Shown here one piece after another: positions 25,461 through 35,363 of a stretch of DNA of 64,000 nucleotides. The translations under genes were made by a program, and so were the position numbers. A model generated the notes under the pieces. That model ran no database searches. It was not told the origin of the DNA and was given only the letters and a program-made list of their open reading frames with translations. Position 1 is the first letter of the stretch; each line of letters opens with the position of its first letter. The stretch is from an uncultured Nitrososphaerota archaeon (GTDB taxonomy: Archaea > Thermoproteota > Nitrososphaeria > Nitrososphaerales > Gagatemarchaeaceae), in NCBI GenBank assembly GCA_963718895.1, contig CAVRAG010000004.1, forward strand, positions 32,001 through 96,000. The letters run 5' to 3'.

Positions 25461-26233
25461 TAGGTGCTCACCAGGACGGTCGGTCCGAAGCGCATCGGAA
25501 TGGTCCAAGCTCCTGTGTCGGTCTCGCGCACGCATCGTTCAAGGAGAACCTGCTTGTTCGTCGCCGCGCTGACAAGGACCGCGAGGAAGCTTGCGACTGC
25601 GCACCCTACCGAGCCCTTCGATGTTGGGTCTTGTCTGGCCTATGCCGCAGGTGCAGGTGGTTGAAGCGCCGTGAAGGGTCACGTCGACCCTGTCGTCCGT
25701 CGAGACGATGTCCACGGAGCGAGCCAGCCCAAAGTTCTCCCGCATCGCCTCGGGCAGCGAGGCGCGCAGCACGTCCATCGTGAGCTGGGTCGCGCCGGTC
25801 TCGCGCACGTAGAGCTTCGCGAGCCCCCGTCCTGGCGGCGTGATGCCTCCGCGGAAGGAGCGCTCGAGGGAGCGCCGTTGGGCAGAGCCGCCCCTTCGGC
25901 GCTCTCGGGGATTATGACGACCATCTCGACGCCGTCGCCGGTCGGCACATAGGTGAATCCGGCGTCGGAGGCCGATAGCTCGCCTATCGCCTCGTCTGTC
26001 GACCCCAGCACGGCATCGAAGACCCTGGCCTGGACCCTGGCCCGAGGGTCCTTGAAGAGCAGGACGATCGCCGCCAGGAAGGCGACTATCGAGTCTATCT
26101 CGAAGACGATGAACTGGTCGGAGACCGCGATGACGAGGAAGACGACGCTGAGCACGATGAAACCGATGCCCGCATACCTGGAGTAGCGTCCGACCTGCCC
26201 GTACAGCTTGGAGAAGACGTTCACGTCAGGCAT
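25460..26233 (-). CDS. Membrane protein: two N-terminal TM helices plus a Cys-containing V4R-like C-terminal domain (frameshifted)
   Basis: Two TM helices. Re-read C-terminus TCTC..VGCAVASFLAVLVSAATNKQVLLERC. Stop overlaps the next GTG start. Confidence 0.5.
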
Positions 26234-26288
26234 CAGACTCTGGAACTCCGAGGGGCTTCGGAACAGAATCGACCTATGGGCAACAGAC

Positions 26289-28444
26289 TCAGGCTCGGGA
26301 TGCCTTTCTCGCCGCTTCGTCCACCCTGAAAGTCAGCTCGGTCGCCGAGAACACCTCCTCCGAGGTTATGATGGAGGAGTCGGCGCCGCGGAGGAACTTC
26401 GCAAGCTCGGCGAACTCGGTCGAGTGCCCCTTGTCGGCCCTGCCCAGGCTGACGGTCTCGGGCTGGGGGCCGTAGATCTGGAGCTCCTTGAAGTCGTCGA
26501 GGACCATGGAGGTCCCCTGGCCGAAGACCTCCATCCGCTCCCTGTCCATGTCCTTGGACCCCATCGCCACGTAGAGGAGGGTCGCCACCGAGCCGTCCGG
26601 GTAGTCCAGAGTGATCGAGAGGTTGTCGCGGGCGACCGAGCTGGAGCCGTTTATCCCTGCGGAGCGGACGACTATCTCCGGGCCGTCCTGGCCGAGCAGG
26701 AAGTTGAACAGGTCGAAGAAGTGGCAGCACTCGTGGATGATCCTCCCGCCGCCCACGAGAGGGTCCTGGGACCATCTCGACGCCTGGACGAACCCCGCGT
26801 TGACCCTGTAGTTTATCATGAAGGGGCCGTCGATCTTCCTCATCCTCGCCTTGACCTTCAGGACGAGCGGCGCGTACCTCCTGTTGAACCCGACGATCAC
26901 CGGCTGCTTCAGCTCGGCGTGCAGCTTCTTGATCTCCTCGAACTCGCCCCGGGTGATGCAGAGGGGCTTCTCGACGAGGGCGGTCTTGGCCGCCTTCATC
27001 GCCGCCCATGAGCATGGGCGCGTGGAGGTTGTTCGGGGCGGTTATGACCACGAGGTTCGTCTTCGGGTCGTTCAGGACGTCGTCGTAGTCGCAGGTGCTC
27101 TTCTCGAAGCGATAGCGAGAGGCCACCCTCGTCGCGTGGGTCGGGTTCGAAGAGACGACCCACCTCAGGTTGAACTCAGGGCTGGCTCTCATGAGAGGGA
27201 TCAGGGTCTCCTTGGCGAAGTTCCCCGGCCCCACCACCGCGACGTTGATCTTGCCTGTCACTGGGGTGCGCGACTGTCGCCGGCTGCGCAGCCTTCTTGG
27301 ATCCTCACAGGCGCCTGCTGAACGTCGTAAGAGAGCAGGACCGCCGTCTTCGCCTGCTTCCCGAGGGAGTCATAGGCCTCCGGGGCCGAGGCGAGGGGGA
27401 ACTCCGAGCCGACCAGACCGCCGACTCGGACGCGTCCGGACGAGAGCAGCTCCATGAAAGACTCCATGTTCCTGTTGAGCGTCCACCTGACGTACTCCAC
27501 TGGATAGTCCACGCCCTTCTCCTCGTAGACGGGGTCGTAGCGCCCAGGACCCAGCGACCGGGACATCAGCAGGCTGAGCTCCTTCTGGTAGAAGTCCTTC
27601 CGCTCTATCTCCATCCCGACCCTTCCGACGACCACTATCCTGCCCCGGTTCCTCGCAATCCGGCCGGCCATGTTCAGCGGGTCGCTGCTCGAGGTCGCCG
27701 CGCAGACCAGGACGTGGTCCAGGCCGATTCCTCCCGTGAAGTGGGAGATGTGCGAGACCATCGCCGGGTCGTCCGGCTTCAGGGTCAGGTCGACTCCGAG
27801 CTCGGCCGCCAGCGCCAGCCGGGACGTCCTTGAGGTCGATGCAGACGACCCTGCACCCGGATGCCCTCGCTATCTGCGCGACCAGATTGCCCACGAGGCC
27901 CGCCCCTATGACCCCCACGGTCTCCCCTACCTGGAGCTGGCTCGTCCTCACGGCGTGGACCGCTATCGCGCCGATGGTGGCGAAGGCCGCGTCCTTCATC
28001 GGCAGCCCTGCGGGGCACCTTGGCGACGAGGTTCCTCGGCACCGAGACGAGCTCCGCGTGGCACGCCTTGCCCTCTCCGGCGCAGGCCACCCTGTCCCCG
28101 ACCAGCACGTCCTTCACGTTCTGTCCCACCTCGATGACGACGCCCGATGAGCTGTAGCCAAGGGTGACCTCGGGGTGGCGCACATAGTCCGCGTAGTCGA
28201 TGAGACCCCCGATGCCCTCCTGCCGTATCACCTCCCTCGAAAGCCTGAGCGCCTTGCCGGCGAGCGACGAGTCCTTGATCAGGTCCGTCGTGGCGAGCGG
28301 GTCGGTCGAGTCGATGGTCCATGATTCGGTCCCGGTGCTTATCACCGAGTAGTTTGTCTGGACGAGGAGCCCGTTCTCCCCGCAGACCGGAGCCGGGACG
28401 TCAGCGACGACGACCGTGCCCGCTCGTGCTATGACTTGCTTCAA
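26289..28444 (-). CDS. Two-domain oxidoreductase (Zn-ADH/MDR-like + Gfo/Idh/MocA) typical of polysaccharide loci (frameshifted)
   Basis: SVISTGTE, LGYSSSG, GDRVACAG, SRSLGPGRYD..YE..G.DYP..YVRWT..RNM, VEKP, VGFNRRY, ECCHFFD. Confidence 0.85.
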
Positions 28445-29420
28445 CGCGCCTCACCCATGACCTCGGGGGCCGTTTTGAACCAATCTACGAACATCCTCAG
28501 CCCTTCGTCGAGGTCGACGGCCGGGGTCCAGTGGAGCAGCTCGGCCGCCTTCCGGTTGCTCGCCTGTGTGTCCGGAAACTCGCCCGGGCCCTCCGCGACG
28601 TAGGTCGGAGGGATTGCCCTTCCTGGGCTTATGATCTGGGTCAGCCTCTCTGCGAGCTCCGATACGGAGGTCCTGGACCCGAAGCCGATGTTGAAGACCT
28701 CGCCTCCGAGCCCGTCGTTCTGGGCCGCCAGGATGTTCGCGGCCACTATGTCCGTTACGTAGGTGAAGTCGCGTGTGTGGGACCCGTCTCCCTGAATGAC
28801 CGGCGGCCTTCCCTTCTGCGAGGCTCTTGGTGAACTTGTGTATCACCTGGTCAGGGCGGCCCCTCGGCCCGTAGACCGAGAAGTAGCGGAGCGACACCAC
28901 GTCCGTCCCGTAGACCCTGTGGAACGCCCTGCAGTACTGCTCCGCCGCGAGCTTCGAGACCCCGTAGGGCGAGGTCGGGTTGGTCGGATGGTCCTCGTCG
29001 ATAGGGAGGTACTCCGGCCTGCCGAAGATCGAGGAGGACGAGGCGTTGACTATCCGCTCGCACGCCGTGCTTCTTCCCCAGCGAGAGGACGTTGAGGGTC
29101 CCGTTGACGTTGACGTTGTTGACCTGCACCGGATGCTTGACGCTGAACCCTATCCCCGCCTGGCCGGCCTCGTGGAAGACGACGTCCACGTCTTTCATCG
29201 CCGAGTCCAGCCTGTCGACGTCGAGGATGTCGCCGTTGACGAGCCTGAACCGCGGGTTGTTGACCGCGCCTGCGAGGTTCCTCTCCTTGCCCGGGTAGAA
29301 TTCGTCGAAGCGGTCGTACACGGTGACCCGTGCGCCCATGCCAAGCAGCCTCTCCGTCAGGTGGGAACCGATGAACCCGGCGCCCCCGGTGACCAGCACC
29401 TTTGCACCGTCGAGGTTCAG
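28441..29420 (-). CDS. NAD-dependent sugar epimerase/dehydratase (frameshifted; probable CTG start)
   Basis: VLVTGGAGFIGSH, NVNGTLNVL, LRYFSVYGPRGRPD. Confidence 0.9.
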
Positions 29421-30581
29421 CTTCCCGCCTCCGCTTGTTCGTAGATCTTCTCGAGGTTTGCCGTCAGCACGGAGTAGCGGTTCCCCCGCACCCTCTCCTT
29501 GCCTCGCCTTCCAAGTTCGGCCGCCAGAGCTGGGTCTCTCAGGACCTCTGCGATCTTCCCCGCGAGGAGGCGCGAGTCGCCGTACTCGACCAGGAAACCC
29601 TCCACGCCGTCGGTGATCTGGTACGGGATTCCTCCGACGTTCGTCGCCACCACCGGCTTCCCCTGGGACATGGCCTCGAAGATGGCCTGGCTCGTACCCT
29701 CGTAGGTCGTGGGCAGCACGAAGACCGTGGCCGAGGCGTAGGCCTGCATCTTCTCCTGAAAGTCGTAGATCGGTCCGAGGAAGTGGACTGAGGAGGTGAC
29801 TCCCAGCCTCGAGGCCTGTGTCTTTAGCGTCTCGGAGTACCCAGACTGGTCCGCCCCGACGAAGACGAAGGACGCGTCGGGGAACTCCTTGAGGATCGAC
29901 GGGGCTGCCTCGAGCAGGTGCTGGGGGCCCTTGAGCGGGTTCAGCCGCCCTAGGAAGAGGACGACCGGCCAGCCGGTCGATCTGGTACTTCGTCATGAAG
30001 GGCTTCTCGTCGAAGACCCCGAGCGATTCGTCGCGGATCCCCGAAGGCGTGACGACCATCCGGTCAGCGTCGCCGCCCAGCTTGAGCAGAGGAGGGATGA
30101 GGTTGGGGGCCCGGACCAGGACCTTGTCGGCGGACGGTAGCGTCCTCTTCCCGAGGTACCCCTCCATCAGCTTCATCGGGAACTGCTTGTACCAGGTACG
30201 GGGGATCATCGAGTGTACGTCGAAGACGGTCAGGGCCGTGGCGCTGTGGGTCTTCTCCGCTGCCTTGAGGGCGACCCGGCTGTGGGGCTGGGCGTAGTCG
30301 TAGGTGTGGATGACGTCGAACGACCCGGCCGTCAGCGCCTCTCCGAGGCCCTTCCAGACCTTCATGCGATAGGACCAGTCCAGCCTCATAGGCAGCCTGT
30401 GCACGTTTATCCCGTCTACGACCTCGCTCGCCTTGGCCTCGGTCCCGTTGCACCTGGCCGCGGTGAAGACGTGCACGTCGTGCCCCTTCCGCGTGAGCTC
30501 CCTCGAGATGTTGTAGACGTACCACTCGGCTCCTCCGACCATGAAGGGCGTGAAGAAGACGTTCACCTGTGCGATCTTCAG
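29417..30581 (-). CDS. GT4 family glycosyltransferase (frameshifted near 29975; probable CTG start)
   Basis: KIAQVNVFFTPFMVGGAE, GRLNPLKG, EGTSQAIFEAMSQGKPVVATNVGG. Confidence 0.85.
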
Positions 30582-30617
30582 GCTCTCTGCCTCGGGTCAG
30601 ACGCCATGCAGGCCATC

Positions 30618-31502
30618 TCAGTTGCTTTCAGCGCGAACCACCGTTCTCGACGCCATGGTGGAGTCGAAGTGGTCGGCGATCTCCCCCATCGTGCACAGAG
30701 CAAGGACGCCGCGACGGTTCATCTCGCGCAGATGACTGAAGACGGGGTCCAGGGTCTTGACCATGGGGTTCGGGTCTCCTCCCATGACGATGCTCCAGGG
30801 ATGGGTCCAGAGATGGAAGACCGCGGATGTCTGGGAGCAGAGGTCGGCGTACTTCATGATCAGGGACTCGGCCCCGAAGGACTTCTGGTCGACGTAGTAG
30901 ACGGGCCTCTCGTTCCAGAGCCCGTTGCTGCGGTCGGGCGGTCCGATCACCCTCTCCTTTCCCCGGTAGGTCTTGAAGCCCAGCTTGCGTAGGACCTCGA
31001 AGTGGTTCTCTCTGTTCCAGGGGAACACGAACGTCCTCGGCGCGGACCGCATGTCCAGCGCGTCCAGGCACTTCCTGATGTCCTCTTCGAACTCGGCGGG
31101 ACCGCACTTGAGCGCGTCCATGTGGGAGTAGGTGTGTATCCCTATCTCCTGCCTGACCGGGGAGTCGAGTATCCGGTGGTAGCTTTCTGGTTCCTCGACG
31201 GCCGTCTTGCCGCATATCGCCCAAGTCAGGGGGACCTCGTATCGCTGCGAGAGCTCGAGGAGCTTCTCCGTTCCGGCGCGATTCGGCCCGTACCTGTCGC
31301 TCTGGGTGACGTCGAAGTCGACCGAGATGCAGGCTGCGGCCTTCGCACCACCGGGATAGCTGGTCCCGGGAGGAGGCGCGTCGTAGGCGATCTTGATCTC
31401 CCTGAGCACGCCCCGGGTGACGAAGCCAGCGCCGACCGAGGCTGAGAATCGGGCGCCGTCAAGGGCGGCGTTCTTCATCGTCCTCTTGAGATTTAGCCCC
31501 AT
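30618..31502 (-). CDS. Polysaccharide deacetylase family protein
   Basis: ISVDFD, PLTWAICG, EIGIHTYSH, FVFPWN, FHLWTHPW. Confidence 0.85.
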   Translation of the reverse strand: MGLNLKRTMKNAALDGARFSASVGAGFVTRGVLREIKIAYDAPPPGTSYPGGAKAAACISVDFDVTQSDRYGPNRAGTEKLLELSQRYEVPLTWAICGKTAVEEPESYHRILDSPVRQEIGIHTYSHMDALKCGPAEFEEDIRKCLDALDMRSAPRTFVFPWNRENHFEVLRKLGFKTYRGKERVIGPPDRSNGLWNERPVYYVDQKSFGAESLIMKYADLCSQTSAVFHLWTHPWSIVMGGDPNPMVKTLDPVFSHLREMNRRGVLALCTMGEIADHFDSTMASRTVVRAESN

Positions 31503-31689
31503 TTCAGGTCACCCGGCGGGTTTGAGGCGCCATGAAGTTCAGAACCACAAGCATGAATCTCAGCCTTCACTAGCCTTAAATCGGAAAAAACGCCACTATC
31601 ACAACTGGGTGTGTGGGGGCTTAGGAAACTGCCCTCGTGACCGTTGAGGTCTGGGGGCATTTCCGCACACCCTCTTCTCGGCCAATTCC

Positions 31690-33027
31690 TCAAGAGAAGA
31701 GTCTTTCCCTGAAGAGTTTGTAGTCCTGCAGGACCTTCAGACCGTCGCTCGTCGCCTGATAGTACTTCCCGCCGAGCGTCGCCTCCATGCTGATCAGTCC
31801 GCTCCGCTCCAGGTCGTCGACTATCGTCTTGAGCTCGGTGTAGGAGATGTTGGCGGCCTTCATGATGTGGGTGGTCCTCAGAGGCCTTAGGGAGGTGGCC
31901 TGGATTATGTCTATCCGGATCTCCATCTTCGACCTCCTTCTGAGGGCCGCCTCCTCGCGGGGCGCCTCGTAGAGTCCCCTGATCTCGTCGATTATGAGCT
32001 TCACGGGGTTGTCCATGTTCTTGACGATGAGAGAGGCCTTGTCGCTGAAGAGCTTCTTCTCGCCCTCGTCGAGGTATACGTCCACGTACTTCGCTATCTG
32101 GTTCGGCTCTGTCGAGTGCGGGATGTAGCGGTGGAGCTCGATCACAGGCTTCGAAGGCTCCCAGTAGATCGCGCTGACCGCCGGCTTCCCGAGGGTGAAG
32201 GCCTCCATCAGCATCGTTTCCGCGGCTCCCAGGGCGACGTCGGCGTGCGCCACCGGGCTGTCGTGCATCGACGAGTGGAGCACGTGGACACCTTTCACCC
32301 CTGCGTAGTGCCTTCGCTGTTCCTCCGTCCTAGGAAGCACAGCGACCGTCGCCGCACCCTTCTTGACTATGAGGTCGACCGACTTCTCGAGGATGGGCTG
32401 GCGCTCGGGGAAGAAGCTCGCGAACTCGGGCTCGGGTCTGACGAAGACCACGGGGGAGTCTATCCCCGCCTTCTTGAAGGGGTTCTCGCTGTCCATGGTG
32501 GTGCCCTTGAGGTACCCCGTGTGGAAGCCGTTGAACCAGACCACCTTGTCGAGGTCGGTCACCCCTTGCTGATAGAGCTCCTGGAACGTATAGAAGCGGG
32601 GGATGAAGATCTTGCTCGCCAGGGGGAAGACCATCTGGTTCACGTGCTTCTCCCTCTCGTCGTAGAAGATCGCCCAGGATGGGATGTTCATCCCGAAGGC
32701 GACGCGCACGGCCTCGGGCCACCTCTCCGTAAGCAGAAGGTCCGGCTTCTCCCTCTCGATCAGCGGGAGCATCTGCTGGATCGTCTCAGCGTAGGCCTCG
32801 AGCTTGTTCTCGAGCCGCCTTCCGCCGTGCTTCCCAGCCGTCACGTAGTCGATGCCCTTCGACTTGAGGATCGACTGGATACCGTCATGGTCTCTCGCGG
32901 TCACGAGAAACTGGTACTCTCCCTCGAGCTCCTTGATCAGGGGCGCGAAGAAGTTGGCCTGAAATGGGGTGCTCATGGCAACCCAGATTTTCTTCACCCG
33001 TTTCGGTCCGACTGTCTTGTCTTGCAT
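31690..33027 (-). CDS. DUF354 (GT-B-like) protein fused to a C-terminal archaeal winged-helix domain
   Basis: N-terminus F..LIKELE..VTARD..GKHGG..L..KL, VRPEP..AS. C-terminus RRSKMEI..DII..TTHIM..ANISY..L..LERSGLI..Y..T..G. Confidence 0.8.
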   Translation of the reverse strand: MQDKTVGPKRVKKIWVAMSTPFQANFFAPLIKELEGEYQFLVTARDHDGIQSILKSKGIDYVTAGKHGGRRLENKLEAYAETIQQMLPLIEREKPDLLLTERWPEAVRVAFGMNIPSWAIFYDEREKHVNQMVFPLASKIFIPRFYTFQELYQQGVTDLDKVVWFNGFHTGYLKGTTMDSENPFKKAGIDSPVVFVRPEPEFASFFPERQPILEKSVDLIVKKGAATVAVLPRTEEQRRHYAGVKGVHVLHSSMHDSPVAHADVALGAAETMLMEAFTLGKPAVSAIYWEPSKPVIELHRYIPHSTEPNQIAKYVDVYLDEGEKKLFSDKASLIVKNMDNPVKLIIDEIRGLYEAPREEAALRRRSKMEIRIDIIQATSLRPLRTTHIMKAANISYTELKTIVDDLERSGLISMEATLGGKYYQATSDGLKVLQDYKLFRERLFS

Positions 33028-33032
33028 ATTCT

Positions 33033-34001
33033 TTACACCAAGAAGATTGTGATCAGCACGGCCAGGACAGAGTAGAAGGCCTGCATACTCAGGACCGAGA
33101 TGACGAGGCCCCGTTCGGAGATGGGACTGACCCTCATGAACGCGTGGACGAGGGCAGGATAGGCGGGCGCTCTGAGGTGCCCGTCCTCGCCGACGGTCGT
33201 GTCGCCGAAGACCCGCCTCCCCCCAAAGGGCCTCCTGGCAACCATCTTCAGCGTGAAATCTATACCCGCTGGGATGCTCACCACAATGGCGGCGAACTCA
33301 AGGCCCGCCAGGATGGCGATGGTAGCTATCCCGGCCCCCGCCATCAGGGTACCCGTGTCTCCCGGGAAGATTTTCGCAGGGTACCAGTTGAGCTTCAGAA
33401 AGCCCAGGAAGCCGCACATGAGCACGACGCCGATGATCGTGGCTGCATAGCTGCCCCCGACGGCGGCAAGGAAGGTTAGCGCAGCGATGGCGATGACCGC
33501 CGAGCCGGCCTCGAGCCCGTTGAACCCGGCTAGCATGTTCGTGAAGTTGGCGGAAATTGCAAGCGCCAGTGGCACGATCGCCAGCGGAAAGACGTACCCT
33601 ACAGGGAGCGCCCCAATCAGAGGCATCTCGATGCTGCGGGGCCCCCACAGGACCGCGACGAGTGGAATCGCCGCGGCAGCGATGAGGAACGGCTTGTACC
33701 TCTGTCTCATGTTTGTGATGTCGTCCAGTACCCCAACCGCACCGGCGCCCGCTATGCTCGCGACTCCTGCGACCAGAGGTGTGATCGGGTCGTCGATGGC
33801 GGCCATGACTACGAGAGAGCAGATCAGAAACGCAAAGAGCACCGAGAGTCCCCCCATCTCGGCGGTCACGGGCTTGCCCGGCTTGTGAATGTCATTCCCG
33901 GTCATCCCCATCTTGACGAACTTCGTCGAGAGGTACCGCGCAGAAGTGTAGGAGAGAGCCACGGCCAGCACCCCGACGCCCGCGAGGACGGGTAGATTCA
34001 C
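33033..34001 (-). CDS. MraY/GPT-family polyprenyl-phosphate GlcNAc-1-phosphate transferase (AglH-like)
   Basis: G.DIHKP..AEMGG, GVLDD, NFTNMLAGFNGLEAG, NWYPAKIFPGDTG; multiple TM helices. Confidence 0.9.
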   Translation of the reverse strand: MNLPVLAGVGVLAVALSYTSARYLSTKFVKMGMTGNDIHKPGKPVTAEMGGLSVLFAFLICSLVVMAAIDDPITPLVAGVASIAGAGAVGVLDDITNMRQRYKPFLIAAAAIPLVAVLWGPRSIEMPLIGALPVGYVFPLAIVPLALAISANFTNMLAGFNGLEAGSAVIAIAALTFLAAVGGSYAATIIGVVLMCGFLGFLKLNWYPAKIFPGDTGTLMAGAGIATIAILAGLEFAAIVVSIPAGIDFTLKMVARRPFGGRRVFGDTTVGEDGHLRAPAYPALVHAFMRVSPISERGLVISVLSMQAFYSVLAVLITIFLV

Positions 34002-34207
34002 GGGCTATCCCTCTGGAAGAGCCCTTGCACGAGTCTCCAGAAGAGCTGCGTGCTGACTCCGAACGCCACGACCCACGCGAAGATTGACCCGAGGGACCGG
34101 ACTTCCGGTTCCAGACCGCTCGCAAGGAACCAGACGCCGAGCGCGACGGCGTTGGGGATGACGAAGGTGACGAGGCTTGCGAGAACCACGTAGGCTTGTC
34201 TGATCAA
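33998..34207 (-). CDS. Small two-TM membrane protein
   Basis: 69 aa, two hydrophobic helices, overlapping the downstream start. Confidence 0.6.
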   Translation of the reverse strand: MIRQAYVVLASLVTFVIPNAVALGVWFLASGLEPEVRSLGSIFAWVVAFGVSTQLFWRLVQGLFQRDSP

Positions 34208-34214
34208 GGTCAGG

Positions 34215-34925
34215 CTAGCTCTTTTGTTCCGAGTCCTTGACGAGTGCCTCGTCGTTGACCCTCTCGAAGTCTGTCATGGAGCCCACGTCGGCCCAGTAGG
34301 CATCTTCGAAGAACGAGTTCATGCGTTCACCCTTCGCCAGGAGGAGAGGGAAGACCTCTGTCTCGAGGCTTGAGGTCCTTCCGACCGGGATGCTCTCCAG
34401 GATTCTCCGCTCGAGGACGTAGATTCCTGCGTTGGCCATGAAGCTGAGCGTGGGCTTCTCCTCGAACTTCTTGATGGTCTGGTCCCCGTCTACAGTGATG
34501 TAGCCGTAGGGGACCTTCACGTCGAACTTCTTGAGGGCGATCGTCCCTATTCCCCCCAGCCTGTCGTGGGTGCCGAGGAGGTTCCGGATGTTCAGGGAGG
34601 TGACGATGTCCCCGTTCATGGCGATGAAGGTCCCGTCGATGAACCTCTCGGCCGTCTTCAGCTGGCCCGCCGTGCCTAGGGGCGAGTCGGCCTCTGCGTA
34701 CTCTATCTTGACCCCGAGTTCGGTGCCGTCCCCGAACGCGTCCATTATCTGCTTCTTCAGATAGGCGACGCAGACGACGAACTCCGTAACCCCGTAGGAG
34801 GAAAGGTAGGTCACCGTCCTCTGGAGGAGGGGCTTGCCCGCGATAGGAAGCATGACCTTCGGAACGACGTATGTGAGCGGCCGAAGCCTCGTCCCGGCTC
34901 CGCCTGCCAGTATCACTGCTTTCAG
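34215..34925 (-). CDS. Sugar-phosphate nucleotidyltransferase (mannose-1-P guanylyltransferase-like); probable CTG start
   Basis: (M)KAVILAGGAGTRLRPLT..PK.MLP, PLGTAG, MNGDI, FEEKP, YWADVG. Confidence 0.9.
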   Translation of the reverse strand: MKAVILAGGAGTRLRPLTYVVPKVMLPIAGKPLLQRTVTYLSSYGVTEFVVCVAYLKKQIMDAFGDGTELGVKIEYAEADSPLGTAGQLKTAERFIDGTFIAMNGDIVTSLNIRNLLGTHDRLGGIGTIALKKFDVKVPYGYITVDGDQTIKKFEEKPTLSFMANAGIYVLERRILESIPVGRTSSLETEVFPLLLAKGERMNSFFEDAYWADVGSMTDFERVNDEALVKDSEQKS

Positions 34926-34961
34926 CCTACGCTAACCTCTCTTTCCTTTCTCAGCTCGCCT

Positions 34962-35363
34962 TCAAAACTGGAAGATGTTGCCCAGGAAGGCTATGTACTG
35001 TCTGTCCGATCTCCAACCCCTCGCCGCCTGGTTCCCCCAGCTGACAGCAGCTTCGGAGAAAATCCGCGCAATCCTGCTCCCGCGAAGCAGGCCGCGGTTG
35101 AAAGACCGACCGGTATCTCGGAGTTTCTTCAGGATGGAGACCACGGCTCTCAGGAGGCCAAAGCTTCTGAACTTGACCTTGAGGCTCAATGACAGATTGA
35201 TGATGGAGCGCTCCTGGTGGCTAAGTCTGAACCAGGACCCCCTCCTCTTTGAGAGCAGCACCTGTCTCTTTACAAGAGAACGGATGTAATTACTGGCGTC
35301 ACTATTTGCCAGATTTTTTCCAGTGGAGTCTTGCGACTGCCGTAGGGTTAGGGGGCTACCCAT
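34962..35363 (-). CDS. Small basic helical hypothetical protein heading the glycan cluster (start uncertain)
   Basis: KRRGSWFRLSHQERSII..AVSWGNQAARGW.SD..YIAFL. Co-directional first gene of the cluster. Confidence 0.6.
   Translation of the reverse strand: MGSPLTLRQSQDSTGKNLANSDASNYIRSLVKRQVLLSKRRGSWFRLSHQERSIINLSLSLKVKFRSFGLLRAVVSILKKLRDTGRSFNRGLLRGSRIARIFSEAAVSWGNQAARGWRSDRQYIAFLGNIFQF

Noticed and set aside
28851-30566. 571-aa ORF that looks like a GT4-epimerase fusion
   Set aside because: Its middle is out-of-frame nonsense. The true GT4 C-terminus is in another frame (29417-29749), so the fusion is an indel artefact.
6104-30581. Programmed frameshifting or phase variation as the cause of the broken genes
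   Set aside because: The indels are numerous, scattered and not at a shared slippery motif or long homopolymer; sequencing error is more parsimonious.
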